A DNA stretch of 64,000 nt from Eutreptiella sp. 'Long Island Sound 2002' (lineage: Eukaryota; Protista; Euglenida): the NCBI GenBank assembly GCA_964036045.1, contig OZ038379.1:13702001-13766000 (forward strand). Reading direction: 5' to 3'. Below, piece after piece: positions 61,453 through 64,000 of this stretch. The first letter of the stretch is position 1. The number at the start of each line of letters is the position of its first letter. The notes under the pieces are model-generated. The model was not told the origin of the DNA, did no database searches, and saw only the letters and a program-made list of their open reading frames with translations. The position numbers and the translations under genes are program-made.

Positions 61453-63523
61453 TCTCATTATGAATGGCAGGGGCGGCTGCTTTAGCTTGCCCTGCATTCA
61501 ACGCAAAGGCGGGGTTAGCGGCTACAGCTTGTTCCCCGTCCACTAATGGGGAATGACAGAAAAATAAGTACGAAGGCTGTACATGGGCCCTTGAAGCAGA
61601 GGAAAGCAAAGCAGGGCCACGCAGGCAGGCCAAAACTTTGCACCCGAGCGTGTGTTACTTTCAACACCGGGAGCTAGTTTTTGTACCATGGACTAGTGGT
61701 TGTACCACCATAAGTTTTTCACACTTTCCAGATGAAAAGGTAGTGTTTATTGTAAGATTTAGCAAAGCTAAGGGGTGGCTTACCATCGGGGTATGCTTGG
61801 TTGTACCTAAATCCGATTGTCTAACACAAGTTTGGGTCAAGGAAGCTCCTAGGGGGCCTCTATAATAATGTTCCCTTCTTTTGCTCTCACTAAGAAATGA
61901 GGCAAAATTCAGATGTTTTTAGGAAATGAGGTCCGCTAGGCCCGTGAGACTCGCATTCATAGTGCCAACGCCTTCGCATCACCTATTTGTATCCCATGCC
62001 CAAAGGAAAACTATGTTTCTTTGCCTATCAATGTGTTTTTCTGCCTATAAATCCCGTTTTTCATGCGCATAATAATCTTGCGGGTGAAACGGGCTGATTC
62101 CACATGACCTAAAGCCGGACAAAATATTTCGTGGTGTCACCGCATCAACATATGCATCTATCTATCCACAGTTGCACAAAGTCTGCAGGGGACGGGGCTC
62201 TCTGATAGTTTTTTCTTGTCCAGTGTTCTTCCTTTTTGAGAAACGAGGCCTTCATTGCCCTGAAAATGGCTTTGTCCAATGGCTAGATGGCTTCGGTGAG
62301 ATGGGGGGGGAACACAACCACCTCTACACCCCAGGATTTCATTTTTTGAAGTACCCCCCGTGTCAGGTGTGTTTTGCTGCCAAGTTAGATTTGGCACCCT
62401 CCTCAACAACAGCAAAGTAATGGGCTCATAGAATTGTAGTCTTCCAGCTTAGTCCATAGCAAAAAAGGGACTATGAAACACAATCATTATTTACACTCAT
62501 GTTCACTCCTTACCTCTCTTCCACTCTCACCATACAAATATCCCTCTTGTAGTAAAATACACCTAGTTAGGACTTACCTTGGAAGCACCACGTGCTCATT
62601 GATGTCGCCGCCAGGCGCCTCTCCTCTATCTATCTCTCTTCATTCCTCTTGTGTTTGGGGCTTGGCTTAGGCCTAGGTATACTCTTGGGATCCCCCAATA
62701 CATGAAACATGCTTGGGACCCACCAAATAGGCATTAAAATACATGTAGAAGTAGGGACAACCATGGAAAAGGGTTGTAGAGTAAATAGAGGTCCCTTAGG
62801 GGCCTTAGACTCCTTCGAAGGTAGTATGTGTGGTATCACGCACAAAATGTTTGGTCTCCCCGTGTGTGACCCTCTCTCTTTTTTTTTTTGGGTAGCCCCA
62901 AGGTAGAGACCCTGAGGTAGATTCACACACATGCTCGCCTTGCACCGCACATCCACGCACAGCATTGCACACACATACTCAACACAACACACTTTTGCGC
63001 GCCATTCACTCACTCTGCACGGATCACGTTGAGCTTCGGTTCCGTGTCCACACTTGCACGGGTGTCATCCGACCGGAGGCGAGATGCACCCAAAGCGTTC
63101 ACTGTTTGTTCAGGGATGCTTGGTGTTAGCTACAACTTGACTTGCCTTGGCGTGGGCGTGTGTGTGGGAATTTGTAGGATCAGGGTGTCTTGCGGTGTAG
63201 GATCAGGCGTTAGCGTCTTTGACGGTGGGTGCCCAAGGCGGGGAGGTTTGCAGCCAAGGGGGTAGCCCTAGTTGTGGTTGGGCGGCCCATGCAAACTCTG
63301 CTCGTCCTGCAGCCCACCCAGTTCCTTGGGGAGGTCCCATCCCTGGGGAACACCAACCCTGCCCCTCCGGTGGTGGATGCTTGACTGTTCCAAAATGGAA
63401 CCAAGTGTTCACCACCCGTAAGAATCAGCTTGCTTAGCAGTAGTGTTTCACTTCTCTCCTAGGCACCACACTTCAGTTGGGGCTGTTGACACTCACACGC
63501 GTGCCAGTTACACACCGCTCATC

Positions 63524-64000
63524 ACTCTCCCTCCCTAGATTGGTGAAACCTACCCCCCAGCCTCGGAGTTCCCTTGGAAATCCACGACAACTCCCAGGCT
63601 AGTGAGTCTGAACTCACTGCTCAGTGAAACAGGGCCTTAGGACCATAGATGCACCGTTTCCACAGGTGCTATGAAACAGGAGGGAGTAGTCTCACCTCCC
63701 AGCACGCTTGCGGGCCTGATTTTGGGCTGACTGTAGAATGTCACGCAAATCCTGAGTTTTGCAGTACTCAGCAAAAACCTCGTTGACGTTTCCGTCATCG
63801 AGTATGAAAGCCGTCACTGGCTCCCAGGTACAGTCAGAGATAGAATAGCCAGACCACTTTGTATAGAATCTCCAACCACGTTTGTAGGTGTGGCGGAGGA
63901 TTCTTTCAACAAAGTAGTAGTCTTGCTTTCTCATCTCTGGTTCAGTAAACGTAACGGGTTCACTAGCGCTTATTCTTTTGGGTCTAGCCTCTACGGCCGT
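63524..64000 (-). mobile_element. 3' internal end of a chromodomain-bearing LTR retrotransposon (chromovirus-like)
   Basis: On the minus strand, the purine tract AGGGAGGGAGAG is followed by TGATGAG at 63524 (putative PPT and LTR start). The distal LTR end was not identified. Confidence 0.55.
63692..64000 (-). CDS. Chromodomain at the C-terminus of a Pol/integrase ORF, open to the window edge
   Basis: YFVERILRH...FYTKWSGYSISDCTWEP (aromatic-cage chromodomain pattern). Confidence 0.85.
   Translation of the reverse strand, partial: TAVEARPKRISASEPVTFTEPEMRKQDYYFVERILRHTYKRGWRFYTKWSGYSISDCTWEPVTAFILDDGNVNEVFAEYCKTQDLRDILQSAQNQARKRAGR

Overview
Eukaryotic, repeat-rich nuclear DNA, probably from a euglenid. 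The main clue is a near-match to the euglenid spliced leader just upstream of one gene; the genes also have long GT-AG introns. There is a 200-N scaffold gap at 60617-60816. Host genes, all on the + strand and only partly resolvable: exons of a HIRA-like histone chaperone (6377-12139), a gene joining two copies of an uncharacterised ~55-aa domain to an SF2 helicase (19861-24922), and the 5' exons of an importin-7/8-like gene (46131-48685). The dominant structure is a Penelope-like retroelement with permuted domain order (N-terminal GIY-YIG, CxC linker, C-terminal RT; Chlamys/Naiad type). It carries a ~37-bp hairpin-unit tandem array of up to 6.2 kb on its 5' side and occurs twice (1-5811 and 51114-60616). 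The copies look identical over their 5.4-kb overlap, including the frame-disrupting lesions. The second copy is fused to a 2-kb duplicate of a HIRA intron that starts at the 5' splice site, which suggests reverse transcription of an excised intron. Also present: an apparently intact hAT transposon, several MITEs with TIRs and TSDs, an RNase H-bearing retroelement remnant, a cluster of decayed SH3/Tudor-like modules, a SAM-domain fragment, and the chromodomain end of an LTR retrotransposon. No rRNA, tRNA or CRISPR array is supported. Family assignments come from motif recognition by eye, not database searches.
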